Made by a program: the position numbers and the translations under genes
The notes under the pieces: generated by a model
Database searches by the model: none
What the model was told of the DNA's origin: nothing
What the model saw: only the letters and a program-made list of their open reading frames with translations
DNA from: Vulcanimicrobiota bacterium
GTDB lineage: Bacteria > Vulcanimicrobiota > Vulcanimicrobiia > Vulcanimicrobiales > Vulcanimicrobiaceae
Assembly (NCBI GenBank): GCA_963777315.1
Contig: CAVZQC010000001.1
Location: forward strand, 192,001-256,000
Direction: 5' to 3'
DNA length: 64,000 bases
In this document: positions 48,783 through 59,430 of the stretch, piece after piece
Position numbering within the stretch: the stretch's first letter is position 1
Layout of the letters: every line of letters begins with the position of its first letter

Positions 48783-50434
48783 ATCGCGGTGTACACCGGC
48801 CCTTCGCCGCCCTGCGGAGGGACCCATGTGATGATTTGATAGGGATCGGCGATATCGCAGGTTTTGCAATGCACGCAATTCGTGAAATTGACGACGAGTT
48901 GTCCCTGTACCTCACCTGAATCCGCTTTTTCGAATTGCGGTTCGTACACTTGCGCGGGACAGAAATACTCGCAAGGGTTGCCGTACTCGACCGTGCAGCG
49001 GTCGCGGCAGATGTTGGTATCTGCCACGTGCAGGTGGCTGGGTTGATCTTCTTCGTGCATCGTGCCGCTGTTGTACACGTCGGTGAGTTTGTCGAAGGTG
49101 ACGACGTTGTCGATGACGGCGCGCTGCGTAGGCCGCGGCTTGTAGCCGCGCTTTTCCATGCGTTCGAATCCGGGCTCTCCGCGCAGTCGATCAGCAACGC
49201 CGAAAGCGCGGCCTTTGGTGAACATCCCCAGGCCGGTGTTGAGCACGCCGTTGATCAGGCCGTTTCTGAAACCTTGATGAAAATTGCGCGCCGAATACAG
49301 TTCGTCGTATGCCCACGACGTTTCGAACTTGCGCTGCATTGCCGACAGCTGCTCTGCATCGAAACGGCCCGCCTGCAGCGCCTCGAACGCGGTTTGCGCG
49401 GCCAGCATGCCCGACTTGGCGGCCAAGTGCACGCCCTTGAGGCGCATGCCGTTCAAGAAACCCGCCGAATCGCCGATCAAAAGCAAGCCGTCGGCGTACA
49501 AGCGCGGCATCGCGTACAGACCGCCCTCGGGGATCGCTTTTGCGCCGTACCGCAACAGCTGTGCGCCTTCGAGCAGCCGGCGCACCGCCGGCTGCGATTT
49601 GAAGAGTTGAAAGACGTCGTGCGGATCGGTAGTGGGATCCTTATAGTCCAGACCGGTGACGAACCCGATGTCCAGGATGTCGCCGGCCATGCCGTAGATG
49701 AATCCGCCGCCGAACGTGTCGTTGGGAAGCGGATAGCCCATCGTGTGGATCACGCTTCCGGGCTGTACGCGCCCGGGCGGACACTGCCAAAGCTCTTTCA
49801 CGCCCGCGGCGTAGACTTGGGGTTCGCGCCCCGCATCCAGATCGAGCCGCGGAATCGCCTGCTTTGCGAGCGTTCCGCGCGGACCTTCCCCCAGCACGAC
49901 GATCTTTGCGAAAATGTCCGCGCCCGGCTCGTAGTTGGCTTTGGGTTTGCCGCTGCGGTCAATGCCTTTGTCGCCGGTGCGCACGCCGATAACGCGGTCG
50001 CCTTCCCACAGCAGCTGCTGACCCGGAAATTCGCCGAAGACCTGCGCGCCCGCATCCTCGGCGGTGCGTGCCAACCATGTGACGATCTTCTGCAGCGACA
50101 CGACGTATTTTCCGCGATTGTTCATCATCGGCGGCACCATCGGCGCTTTGATTCGCCCGCTCTGCGTGAGCAGCCACAACTGATCGCTGCTGACGGCAGC
50201 TTCGAGCGGCGCTTGCTCGCGCCACCCCTCGAGCAGCTCGTCGAGCGCCTTGGGATCCATCACCGCACCGGAGAGCGCGTGGTTGCCGATTTCGCCGGCT
50301 TTGTCGATGACCAGAATTTCGATTTCCTTGCCGGCCGCTTTGGCCAGCTGCGCCAGCGCAATCGCGCCCGCAAGACTTGCCGGGCCGGCGCCGACGAACA
50401 GCACGTCTACTTCGAGCGAATCGCGTTCGGGCAT
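48779..50434 (-). CDS. Electron transfer flavoprotein-quinone oxidoreductase
   Basis: GAGPA, FCPAQVYE and NCVHCKTCDI motifs. Confidence 0.93.
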   Translation of the reverse strand: MPERDSLEVDVLFVGAGPASLAGAIALAQLAKAAGKEIEILVIDKAGEIGNHALSGAVMDPKALDELLEGWREQAPLEAAVSSDQLWLLTQSGRIKAPMVPPMMNNRGKYVVSLQKIVTWLARTAEDAGAQVFGEFPGQQLLWEGDRVIGVRTGDKGIDRSGKPKANYEPGADIFAKIVVLGEGPRGTLAKQAIPRLDLDAGREPQVYAAGVKELWQCPPGRVQPGSVIHTMGYPLPNDTFGGGFIYGMAGDILDIGFVTGLDYKDPTTDPHDVFQLFKSQPAVRRLLEGAQLLRYGAKAIPEGGLYAMPRLYADGLLLIGDSAGFLNGMRLKGVHLAAKSGMLAAQTAFEALQAGRFDAEQLSAMQRKFETSWAYDELYSARNFHQGFRNGLINGVLNTGLGMFTKGRAFGVADRLRGEPGFERMEKRGYKPRPTQRAVIDNVVTFDKLTDVYNSGTMHEEDQPSHLHVADTNICRDRCTVEYGNPCEYFCPAQVYEPQFEKADSGEVQGQLVVNFTNCVHCKTCDIADPYQIITWVPPQGGEGPVYTAM

Positions 50435-50440
50435 GATGTT

Positions 50441-51238
50441 TTACAGGTTCGAAAGCGCGGCGATAGCCGCCTTTACAGCGATGCCGTGTATGGAGATGCG
50501 TGCCTCCAACGCCGCAGCGGTCGGTGTTTCGAAGGTCAACGCTCGCTTTGCCGCGCGCCGCGCGATCGCCATCGTGTAGGACAACCCGCCCAACGAGTCG
50601 CTCTCCGGCGTTTTTGCCGGCCGCACGACGCCCTCGTCCAGCTCGGCGCGTTCGAACGGCGCTCCCAGATCGCACGCCTCTAGGTCTTGAATCGCAACGC
50701 CGCTTTCGCGCAGGCGCGCTATCACGGTGCGGCCCAAGTCGCCCGCGCCGTACTCGTAACAGTAAAATCCACGAGCGTCGCAGTCCTCGTGCAAATCGAT
50801 CGACAGCGCAAACTTGCGATTCCGGTTGGCGGTAACGATGGCGCGCGTTTCGGGCGTCTGTCCGCCGCGACCGAAGCTGCGGTTCACGTCCTGTCCTTCG
50901 GCGTTCGTCCGCGTTCCGCGGCGGTAGCCGCTGGGATTCGTGCACGGCCAGATCCGATACGCATACCGCGCGTCGGGAGGCCCGTTTTCAAACAACGCCA
51001 GCAATGCCCAAGGGCCGGCGGGCTCGTCGCCGTGAACGCCGGCGGCGAGTGCAACGGCCGGCGCGGCGGCGTCCCCGAACTCCGCGCACAGCAGCGTGCG
51101 CGCGGCACCGGCGCAGGCAACTTCGCGCACGCTGATGTCGCCGCGCGCGCGCAGCGCTTTCCAGCGCGCCTCGAGATCGTCGTAACCGTCTACGATAGGC
51201 GCTCGTTGATGCGATCGGCCGTCTGCTGCGCGGTCCAC
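50441..51238 (-). CDS. M14-family metallopeptidase/deacylase; true start probably near 51190
   Basis: GVHGDEPAG, NPSG, DVNR, DLHED and TFETP motifs. Confidence 0.82.
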   Translation of the reverse strand: MDRAADGRSHQRAPIVDGYDDLEARWKALRARGDISVREVACAGAARTLLCAEFGDAAAPAVALAAGVHGDEPAGPWALLALFENGPPDARYAYRIWPCTNPSGYRRGTRTNAEGQDVNRSFGRGGQTPETRAIVTANRNRKFALSIDLHEDCDARGFYCYEYGAGDLGRTVIARLRESGVAIQDLEACDLGAPFERAELDEGVVRPAKTPESDSLGGLSYTMAIARRAAKRALTFETPTAAALEARISIHGIAVKAAIAALSNL

Positions 51239-51849
51239 CCGCCGTGCCGTGCAATGCGAAAAGCGTATGCCAGCACACCGGCCACGTCTTTGGCGTCAGT
51301 GCTTTCTCCCAAGCGTTGCCACAGCTGCTCGGCATCGCCGCCCGGCTCGGTGCGTTCGAGAATTTGGTCGAGCGTAAGCCATAATCTGTCGGCGGGACCT
51401 TCGACCGACGCGCTTTTCAAAACGTCTCGCGTTTTGTCGCGCAGTTCCTCGGGATTAACGTGCAGTGCGGCAAGCAGCTCGTTGGGCGATTTGCACGCGC
51501 GCAGGTATCCCATCATCAGATGTTCGGCGCCGATATACCGGTGGCCGAACTTGCGTGCTTCGTCGAACGAACACTCGATCAGGTGCTTTGCTTCCTGGGT
51601 GAAGGTCATCCCCTCAGACGGGTTTGTCCCTTGACCCGTGCCGATGATGGTCCGCGCAGCCTCGAGCGTCTTGGGTTCGTCGGCGCCCAGCGATGCCGCG
51701 ATCTGCGCGGCCTCACTTTGTCCTTCCATCACGATCCCGGCAAAAATATGAGCCGGCCCGATGTACGGGGTTTTCAGCCGCTCGGCAACTTCTTGCGCGC
51801 GAATGATCGCACGCCGGGCCACTTCGGTAAAGGGCTCCCACATGCTCAT
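51190..51849 (-). CDS. Clp protease N-terminal domain protein (no ATPase)
   Basis: FTEVARRAI...YIGPAH; FTQEAK...YIGAEHL. Confidence 0.85.
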   Translation of the reverse strand: MSMWEPFTEVARRAIIRAQEVAERLKTPYIGPAHIFAGIVMEGQSEAAQIAASLGADEPKTLEAARTIIGTGQGTNPSEGMTFTQEAKHLIECSFDEARKFGHRYIGAEHLMMGYLRACKSPNELLAALHVNPEELRDKTRDVLKSASVEGPADRLWLTLDQILERTEPGGDAEQLWQRLGESTDAKDVAGVLAYAFRIARHGGWTAQQTADRINERLS

Positions 51850-51850
51850 A

Positions 51851-53092
51851 TCAATCGTGAGTCCATTCCAGCATCGCCTTCCACTCGTTCTTGGGAAAAC
51901 GCTGTTTGCTTTTAATCGTATCGAGGTACTTGCGCTTGCCGCTGCGGTTGCCCTTACCCATGAAACATCCGCCGACTAGGCGGTTCTCCCAAAAATACAG
52001 CGCACGATACCATTTCTTTTCGCCGTCGAGGGTGCATACCGTTTCGATGTCCTTGCGGTATTCGGGCGAAAGGCCGAACTGCGTGATGGTTTGGCCTTTG
52101 AAGAGCAGGCTGGAATATTCGGGAACGTCGTCGTACTTCACGCTTGCGCCCATCATGTTTTGCGCGGCGACTTTTCCGTGCGCACCCGCGTTGTTCCACG
52201 TTCCCATGCGGTAGCGCATTTCCAGGATGGGATCGTAGAAGTCCGCGATGTCTCCCGCGGCAAAAACGCCTCTGACGTTCGTTTCAAGTCCGTCGCCGCA
52301 CAAGATGCCGTTCTTGCTGGTTTCGATGGCGGTGCCTTGCAGCATTTCAACGTTCATCGCCAGCCCCAATCCGACGCCGTAACACTGCGCGTCGATGTCG
52401 GCGCCGCTTTTGAGGCGCACCTTTCTGACCACGCCGTTGTCGCGTACGAATTCGGCGATCTGGTCGTTGTAATGCATGTGCACGCCGTCCGTTTTAGCGG
52501 CCTGGTCGATCAGTTCGCCGGCCTGCTCGTCGAGCATCCGGTGCAGCACCCGAGGGCCGCGCATGACCCAATGCGTTTCCACTTTGCGTGAGATGAAGGC
52601 TTCGGCCAACTCGTAGGCGATGAACGACCCGCCGATCGCGACGCCCGCTTTTGCGGTTTCCAGTTCGCGCGAGATCGCCAAGGTGTCGCTCATGTATTGA
52701 AAATTGTAGACGTTGGCTCCATCCGCGCCGGCTGCAGGGTGGGGATTGGGGCGCCCGCCCGTGGCGATCAAAACGGCATCGTACGGGTAGCTTTTTCCTT
52801 GCGCGACCACGACGTTCTCGTCCGGCACGATCGCCTCTACGCGAGTCTCCAAATGCAGTTCGATGTTTTGCTTTTCGTGCCAGGCTGCGTCGCGCATGAT
52901 CACCTTTTGCTCGGTGACTTGTTTGCGCAGGAGCGGCGGCAGCGCTATACGGTTATACAGGGTGTATGGTTCGTCGGTGAACAACACGATCGTGCACGAG
53001 GGATCGTGCTTGCGCAGCTGCTCGGCCGCGGTCGTACCGGCAAATCCGTTTCCGACGATGACGTATCGCCGAAAATCTCCGGCTGCATTCAC
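51851..53092 (-). CDS. NAD(P)/FAD-dependent oxidoreductase (ferredoxin reductase-like)
   Basis: GNGFAG, ATGG and FAAGD motifs. Confidence 0.88.
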   Translation of the reverse strand: MNAAGDFRRYVIVGNGFAGTTAAEQLRKHDPSCTIVLFTDEPYTLYNRIALPPLLRKQVTEQKVIMRDAAWHEKQNIELHLETRVEAIVPDENVVVAQGKSYPYDAVLIATGGRPNPHPAAGADGANVYNFQYMSDTLAISRELETAKAGVAIGGSFIAYELAEAFISRKVETHWVMRGPRVLHRMLDEQAGELIDQAAKTDGVHMHYNDQIAEFVRDNGVVRKVRLKSGADIDAQCYGVGLGLAMNVEMLQGTAIETSKNGILCGDGLETNVRGVFAAGDIADFYDPILEMRYRMGTWNNAGAHGKVAAQNMMGASVKYDDVPEYSSLLFKGQTITQFGLSPEYRKDIETVCTLDGEKKWYRALYFWENRLVGGCFMGKGNRSGKRKYLDTIKSKQRFPKNEWKAMLEWTHD

Positions 53093-54255
53093 GAAAGCCC
53101 CGGTTCGGGGTGCGACAGCCCCAGGCCCACCATCATCTCAAAACCGACGGCGAGCGCGCGTTCGTCGATGTCGTACTGGGCGCTGTGCTGGGGAAAGGTG
53201 CCGAGCTGCATTCCGCGCGCTCCGACGATGAAGTAGGCGCCCGGGCGCTCCGCCAGCATGTACGCCATGTCTTCCGCCCACATCACCACGTCGTGCGGAT
53301 AAACCACGTTCTGCTCGCCCAGCACGCGCGCGCCCACCGTTCGAACGATCTCGTTCATGCGCGGATCGTTGACGGTCGGCGGATATCCGTATCGGTATTT
53401 CAGGTCGTATTCGACCCGCATTGCGCGGGCAAGCCCGCTCACGATGCGCTCCATGCGTTCGGGCATCGATGCGCGCACGCCCGCATCGAAGCTGCGCACC
53501 GTGCCTTCCATGAGCGCCTCGCTGGGGATCACGTTGAACGTCGAGCCGGCATGGAATTTTCCAACGGTGAAAACCGCCGGATCCTTGGGTGCGATTTCGC
53601 GGCTGACGATCGTTTGCAGCATCGTCACGAAATGCGCTCCTGCCACGATCGGGTCGATCGCGCGCTCGGGCATTGCCCCGTGGCCGCCCTTGCCGCGAAT
53701 CGCCAGGTGGAATTCGTCCGAGGAAGCGAAGAACGGACCGTCGCGTACGCCGATCTTTCCCACGTCCAGGCCGCTGAACAGGTGCAGCGCGAAACAGCGA
53801 TCGACGTGCGGCCTTTCCAGCGCTCCGTCTTCGATCATCAGTTTGTTGCCGGCATAACCTTCTTCACCCGGCTGAAAGCACAGGACCAGCGTTCCGGCAA
53901 TCTCCGCGCGGCGCGCCGCCAGCTCCCGCGCGGCACACAGCAATATGGCTATGTGGCCGTCGTGCCCGCACGCATGCATGACGCCGTCATTGCGCGACCG
54001 GTACTCGACGTCGGATACTTCGGTTACGGGCAGCGCATCCATGTCTGCGCGCAAGAGCGTCACCGGGCCGGGCTTACCGCCGCAAAGCGTAGCCAAAACG
54101 CCCGTGCCGCCGACACCGGTTCGCATATCGTCCGGTTGCAGCTCGCGCATTTCGCGTTCGATATACGCTGCCGTCCCGAACTCTTTGAGCGACAGTTCCG
54201 GATGCATGTGAAAATGGCGCCGGTGCCGGACCAGTTCACGTTCGGGCGCTTTCAT
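53089..54255 (-). CDS. M20D amidohydrolase
   Basis: HPELS, LRADMDAL, MHACGHDGH, QPGEEG and AED motifs. Confidence 0.92.
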   Translation of the reverse strand: MKAPERELVRHRRHFHMHPELSLKEFGTAAYIEREMRELQPDDMRTGVGGTGVLATLCGGKPGPVTLLRADMDALPVTEVSDVEYRSRNDGVMHACGHDGHIAILLCAARELAARRAEIAGTLVLCFQPGEEGYAGNKLMIEDGALERPHVDRCFALHLFSGLDVGKIGVRDGPFFASSDEFHLAIRGKGGHGAMPERAIDPIVAGAHFVTMLQTIVSREIAPKDPAVFTVGKFHAGSTFNVIPSEALMEGTVRSFDAGVRASMPERMERIVSGLARAMRVEYDLKYRYGYPPTVNDPRMNEIVRTVGARVLGEQNVVYPHDVVMWAEDMAYMLAERPGAYFIVGARGMQLGTFPQHSAQYDIDERALAVGFEMMVGLGLSHPEPGLS

Positions 54256-55010
54256 AGCGGCACGACGTCGGCTTTGTAGCGGTAATGCCCAATGGTCGGC
54301 AGGCAGTATGCGGTGGCGGGGGCGTACTTTGAGAGTTTCGCGGCTTCCACGGCGGCACGGTCGAACCCGTACGTCTTCGAACCTTCCACCACTTCGGCGT
54401 TTGCCACGCTCCCATCCGGCAAGACCGTAACGTCCACCACTGCCGTTCCGGGAAACGTTGCTTGGCCGGGAGAGAACTGCGGCTCGACGACGGTGAGCGC
54501 GCGGACCGGCGCAAAGGGCTGCGCGCAATCCATGCGACCGTACGGAGCGCGAATGGTCGCGGCTATGACGACGTCGCCCGGCGACGGGGAGCGCGCCACC
54601 GAATCACCCACGGCCGCAGGAAGCTTCTGCAGGGTTTCTTGCGGCGGATAACAGCCTTCACCGGGATCGTCCAGCCACGCGCGCCGAATCCGGATCGGTT
54701 CGGGAAACCGCGCATAGAGAACGCGCGAGGCGAAACTGCCCGCTTCTTTGCGATCGGTCCTCACCGGCCCGAACGCAATCCTAAACCAGCCGCGGTCCGA
54801 GTCGAGGGCAACGGATCCCGACAGCTCGCGCGTTTTCGGCGACGTCAAAAAAAAGCCGAACACGGTACGCGCGGCGTTCGCCGGCAGAAAGCCGACCGCG
54901 GCTGCCGGACACTGCTGCTGCGCCGCAGCGGCCGCTCGCGGCTGCGCAGCAATGGTCAGGAAAGCGGTAACTGCGGCAAGCAGAGCCGTTTTCAACGCGC
55001 GATTGCTCAC
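54252..55010 (-). CDS. TonB C-terminal domain protein
   Basis: Signal peptide; VTVLPDGSV...FDRAAVEAA...YAPA. Confidence 0.75.
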   Translation of the reverse strand: MSNRALKTALLAAVTAFLTIAAQPRAAAAAQQQCPAAAVGFLPANAARTVFGFFLTSPKTRELSGSVALDSDRGWFRIAFGPVRTDRKEAGSFASRVLYARFPEPIRIRRAWLDDPGEGCYPPQETLQKLPAAVGDSVARSPSPGDVVIAATIRAPYGRMDCAQPFAPVRALTVVEPQFSPGQATFPGTAVVDVTVLPDGSVANAEVVEGSKTYGFDRAAVEAAKLSKYAPATAYCLPTIGHYRYKADVVPL

Positions 55011-55061
55011 GGTGCCGCCTTCGCGCAGGATTCGAGCGCGGTCCTGCGTGACTACGAGCCT

Positions 55062-56087
55062 GTGGCGCCAGACACGCAATCCTCGCCAACGTTCGAACGG
55101 CACGGGCTTTCCGACGAGCAACTCGTGGAACTGTGGCGGATCATGCTCCTGCACCGGCGCTTGGAATCGCGCGGCTTCGAACTCAACCGCCAGGGGAAAA
55201 TACCCTTTGCCTCCGCGGGTGAAGGGCACGAGGCGGTGCAAGCCGGCGCTGCCATGGCGTTCGAGCGCGGCAAGGACGTTCTGGTTCCGTACTATCGCGA
55301 TCTGGGACTGGATTTGGGCATCGGTCTATCGCCCTACGAAGTCCTGCTCTCGCTGTTCGCGCGCGCGGCCGACCACAGCGGCGGACGTCAATTTCCGCAT
55401 CACTACGCGAGCAAACGCTTGGGCCGTCAAACGATCAGTTCGATCATCGCCGCTCAAACGTCGCACGCGGTCGGAGCGGCGTATGCGATGCAATACCGCA
55501 AAGAGCGCGGGCGCGCTGTGCTCACGACGTTCGGCGACGGAGCGACCAGCGAAGGCGAATGGCACGAGTCCGTCAACTTTGCCGCGGTCCATCGTCTCCC
55601 GATCGTCTTTCTGTGCGAAAACAACGAGTGGGCAATTTCGACGCCGTTGTCACGGCAGATGGGGCAGCCGGACGTGTACGAGCGCGCAGCCGGCTATGCC
55701 ATGCCCGGCGTAAGGGTGGACGGATTCGATCCGATTGCATGCTACGCAGCGGTCAAAGAAGGTTTGCGTCGCGCCCGGGATGGGGACGGCCCGACGCTGA
55801 TCGAAGCCAAATGCTATCGTTTCCTCGCGCATACCACGGATGACGATGACCGCACCTACCGCTCCCGGGGCGAGGTGGACGAGCGCCGCAAAAGCGACCC
55901 CGTGCCGGGTTTCGAGCGCTTTTTGATCGAGCATGGAGTGCTGAGCGCTGCGCAGGCAGAAGCACTGAAGTCTCGCATACTTGGCGAGGCGAACCAAGCC
56001 ACCGATGCGGCCGAAGCTATGCCGTATCCGAAACCCGCCGACCTGTACGCGAATGTGCACGCAGGCTCTTGGGAACCATGGCAGTGA
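55062..56087 (+). CDS. 2-oxoacid dehydrogenase E1 alpha subunit, copy 1
   Basis: GHEA, PYYRD, GDGATSEG...ENN and YRFLAH motifs. Confidence 0.92.
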   Translation: MAPDTQSSPTFERHGLSDEQLVELWRIMLLHRRLESRGFELNRQGKIPFASAGEGHEAVQAGAAMAFERGKDVLVPYYRDLGLDLGIGLSPYEVLLSLFARAADHSGGRQFPHHYASKRLGRQTISSIIAAQTSHAVGAAYAMQYRKERGRAVLTTFGDGATSEGEWHESVNFAAVHRLPIVFLCENNEWAISTPLSRQMGQPDVYERAAGYAMPGVRVDGFDPIACYAAVKEGLRRARDGDGPTLIEAKCYRFLAHTTDDDDRTYRSRGEVDERRKSDPVPGFERFLIEHGVLSAAQAEALKSRILGEANQATDAAEAMPYPKPADLYANVHAGSWEPWQ

Positions 56088-56106
56088 CGAGTAGGACGAT
56101 GAAGTA

Positions 56107-57135
56107 ATGGCAAAGAGCGAAACCCAAATGCGCGCGGCGCTCGAACGGCACGGATTATCGGACGATCAGCTCAAAGCGATCTTTCGAACCATGCTGCTGC
56201 AGCGCCAACTCGACAACCGCGGATTCCAGCTGAACCGCCAAGGCAAAGTGCCGTTCGCGCTGGGCAGTGAAGGCCACGAAGCGCTCCAGGCCGGCGCCGC
56301 AATGGCGTTCCAGCGCGGCAAAGACATCCTGGCGCCGTATTATCGCGATCTCGGGCTGGCGATCGGCATCGGCTTGTCGCCCTACGAGATCATGCTCTCG
56401 ATTTTCGCGCGGGCCGACGACCACAACGGCGGGCGTCAGTTTCCCAACCATTATTCGTCCAAAAAGGCCGGCCTGATGACGTTTTCTTCGATTCTGGCCG
56501 CCCATATTCCGCACGCCGTAGGGGCAGCGTTTGCGATCAAATATCGCGCCGAAACGGGGCGCGCCGTGCTGGTTACGTGCGGCGATGGAACCACCAGCGA
56601 AGGCGAGTGGCACGAATCGGTCAATTTCGCCGCCGTCCACAAGCTGCCCATCGTGTTTCTGATCGAGAACAATCAGTGGGCCATTTCCACGCCGCTGCGC
56701 CAGCAGATGGGACAGCCCGATATCTACAAACGCGCCGGCGGGTATGGAATGCCGGGCGAGCAATTCGACGGCTTCGATCCGATTGCGACGTACGACGCGG
56801 TAAACCGCGCGATGGAACGCGCGCGCAGCGGCGATGGCCCGAGTCTGGTCGAAGGCATCTGCTACCGCTTTTTGGCTCACTCGACCGACGACAACGACAT
56901 GACGTACCGCACCAAAGACGAAGTGAGTGAGAACCGTAAACACGATCCCGTTCCGCGGTTCGAACGGGTACTGCTCGACGCGGGAATCATGACGCAAGCG
57001 CAGATCGACGAAATGAAGAAGGCCGTCCTCGCGCAAACGAACGAAGCGACCGACGCAGCGGAAGCGATGCCGTATCCGACCGCGGCGGATCTGTACGAAC
57101 ACGTCTATGAAGGAGCGTGGGAACCGTGGCAGTAG
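56107..57135 (+). CDS. 2-oxoacid dehydrogenase E1 alpha subunit, copy 2
   Basis: GHEA, PYYRD, GDGTTSEG...ENN and YRFLAHS motifs. Confidence 0.93.
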   Translation: MAKSETQMRAALERHGLSDDQLKAIFRTMLLQRQLDNRGFQLNRQGKVPFALGSEGHEALQAGAAMAFQRGKDILAPYYRDLGLAIGIGLSPYEIMLSIFARADDHNGGRQFPNHYSSKKAGLMTFSSILAAHIPHAVGAAFAIKYRAETGRAVLVTCGDGTTSEGEWHESVNFAAVHKLPIVFLIENNQWAISTPLRQQMGQPDIYKRAGGYGMPGEQFDGFDPIATYDAVNRAMERARSGDGPSLVEGICYRFLAHSTDDNDMTYRTKDEVSENRKHDPVPRFERVLLDAGIMTQAQIDEMKKAVLAQTNEATDAAEAMPYPTAADLYEHVYEGAWEPWQ

Positions 57136-58130
57136 CGACTTCTTCTTCCCAAACGCTCAACAACGTCGAGGCCGTGCGCGCGACGCTGTACGAAGCGCTC
57201 AAGAGCGACGAACGCACGGTGATTCTGGGCGAAGACGTCGGCAACCGCGGCAACGTCTTTCTCATCACCAAAGATTTCATCAAGGAGTTCGGCCCCGAGC
57301 GCGTGATCGACACGCCTATCGCCGAGGCGTCGATCGTCGGCATTGCCGTGGGCATGGCCATGGAAGGATTGCGGCCCATCGCCGAGATTCAGTTTGCCGA
57401 CTTCATCTACCCCGCGTTCAACCAGATCGTCGGAGAAGCGGCCAAAACCAGATACCGCAGCAACGGCGAGTATACGTGCCCATTGGTCATCCGCACGCCG
57501 TACGGCGGCGGCGTGCGCGGCGCGCTCTCGCACTCGGTGTGCATCGAAGCGCTCTTCTACCACGTTCCGGGCCTGAAGATCGTAGCGCCGTCTTTCCCGG
57601 CGGACGTCAAGGGGCTGCTGAACGCGGCCATCGACGACCCGGATCCGGTGCTGTTCCTCGAGCATAAGAAAACGTATCGCCTCATCAAGGGCGACGTCCC
57701 GGACGGTCATTACACGATTCCGATCGGGAAAGCCGAAGTGAAAAAGGCCGGCAGCCGGCTCACGGTGGTCTCCTACGGTTTGTACGTTCATTGGGCGATC
57801 CAAGCCGCCCAGGAGCTGGAGAAAGAAGGCATGTCGGTCGAAGTGATCGACTTGCGGTCGATTCGGCCGATGGATCGCGGCACGATACTCGAAAGCGTGC
57901 GCAAGACGCAAAAGCTGCTGATCGTCCACGAGGACAACAAGTTCGGCGGCGTCGGCGCGGAGATCAGCGCGATGGTGGCCGAGGAAGCGCTCTTCGATTT
58001 GGACGCACCGATTCGCCGCTTGTGCGCCCCGGACGTTCCAGCCATGGGCTATGCGCTTCCGCTCGAGGAAGAGTATATGAGCTCGCCCGCCGAGATGGCG
58101 CAGGTAATGCGCGAGATGGTGAGGTTCTGA
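57126..58130 (+). CDS. 2-oxoacid dehydrogenase E1 beta subunit (branched-chain type likely)
   Basis: GEDVG, DTPIAE, EIQFADF and HS motifs. Confidence 0.94.
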   Translation: MAVATSSSQTLNNVEAVRATLYEALKSDERTVILGEDVGNRGNVFLITKDFIKEFGPERVIDTPIAEASIVGIAVGMAMEGLRPIAEIQFADFIYPAFNQIVGEAAKTRYRSNGEYTCPLVIRTPYGGGVRGALSHSVCIEALFYHVPGLKIVAPSFPADVKGLLNAAIDDPDPVLFLEHKKTYRLIKGDVPDGHYTIPIGKAEVKKAGSRLTVVSYGLYVHWAIQAAQELEKEGMSVEVIDLRSIRPMDRGTILESVRKTQKLLIVHEDNKFGGVGAEISAMVAEEALFDLDAPIRRLCAPDVPAMGYALPLEEEYMSSPAEMAQVMREMVRF

Positions 58131-58131
58131 C

Positions 58132-59430
58132 GTGGCAACCACGATAACGATGCCGCAGCTCGGCGAAACCGTAACCGAGGGAACGGTGGAGCGGTGGCTG
58201 AAAAAAGCCGGCGACGCGGTTGAAAAATACGAAGCCTTTTTGGAGGTTTCAACCGACAAGGTCAATTCCGAAGTGCCTGCGCCGGTCACCGGCACCATTC
58301 GCGAAATTCTGGTGCAGGAAGGCACGACCGTCGCGACCGGCACCCCGATCGCGGTCATCGACGATGCAGCTGCTGCGCCGGCAGCACCGGCCGGCCCCGC
58401 GCAAGCGGCGTCGGCGCCCGTACCCGCGCCTGCAGCCGCGCCCGCCGCGGCGGCGCGGGCCAACGGCCAAGGCACGACGACGCCGGCCAACGGCGCGCAG
58501 ACCGCACTGCGCGGCGCCTCGCCCGCGGTACGCAGGCTCGCCCGCGAACACCAAATCGACATTCGCGCTATTGCGGGTTCGGGGACGAACGGACGCGTGA
58601 CGGCGCAAGACGTTCTCGGCGCAGCTCGCATGGGCCCGGCTGCCGCGGTCGGCCAAGCGATCGCGGTTGGCACGAATTTCGCCGCCACCGGCGCACCGGG
58701 GCAAAAGGCCGCCAGCACGTATGCGCAGCCGATGCCTGGTTCGATCGTTCCTCTGAGTTCCGCGCGCCGCATCATTGCCGAGCGAATGGTCGAGAGCAAG
58801 CACACCGCGCCGCATGCGTGGTCCATGGTGCAAGTCGACGTCACCAACGTTTGGAAATGGCGCGTGCGCGAAAAGGACCGCTTCGAGCGCGAAACGGGCT
58901 ACAAGCTCACGCTGCTGCCGTTCTTCATCCGCGCGGTAATCGAATCGCTCTCGGCGTTTCCGCTGATGAACGCCAAGTTCACGCCGGACGGCATTTACGT
59001 CGAAAAAGACGTCAACATCGGCATCGCCATCGGTTTGCCGGCCAATCTCGTGGTCCCGGTAATAAAGCACGCGGACAAGCTGTCGATCAAGGGGCTTGCG
59101 GCCGCGGCCGGCGATATCGTGGACCGAGCGCGCCGCAGCAAACTTTCTGCCGACGACGTGCAAGGCGGCACGTTCACCGTCAACAACAACGGCGCAAATG
59201 GCTCGTACGCGTCCGCGCCGATCATCAACGGCGGCCAAGCCGGCATCGTCACGATGGAAACCGTCGTCAAGCAGCCCGTCGTGACCGCCGACGACGCGAT
59301 TGCCATCCGCCACATGATGAACGTGTGCCTTTCACTGGATCATCGCGTGGTCGATGGTTACGTCGCGAGCGGCTTTTTAGCCGATCTCAAGCGGCGAATC
59401 GAAGCGATGGGGCCCGACGGCGAACTATAG
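58132..59430 (+). CDS. Dihydrolipoamide acyltransferase E2
   Basis: Lipoyl STDKV, ASPAVRRLA and DHRVVDG motifs. Confidence 0.94.
   Translation: MATTITMPQLGETVTEGTVERWLKKAGDAVEKYEAFLEVSTDKVNSEVPAPVTGTIREILVQEGTTVATGTPIAVIDDAAAAPAAPAGPAQAASAPVPAPAAAPAAAARANGQGTTTPANGAQTALRGASPAVRRLAREHQIDIRAIAGSGTNGRVTAQDVLGAARMGPAAAVGQAIAVGTNFAATGAPGQKAASTYAQPMPGSIVPLSSARRIIAERMVESKHTAPHAWSMVQVDVTNVWKWRVREKDRFERETGYKLTLLPFFIRAVIESLSAFPLMNAKFTPDGIYVEKDVNIGIAIGLPANLVVPVIKHADKLSIKGLAAAAGDIVDRARRSKLSADDVQGGTFTVNNNGANGSYASAPIINGGQAGIVTMETVVKQPVVTADDAIAIRHMMNVCLSLDHRVVDGYVASGFLADLKRRIEAMGPDGEL

Noticed and set aside
48935..50683. Long antisense ORFs (also 3102-4571, 37536-39164, 57105-58847)
   Set aside because: Shadow ORFs typical of high-GC coding DNA, lying opposite well-supported genes and carrying no recognisable motifs.
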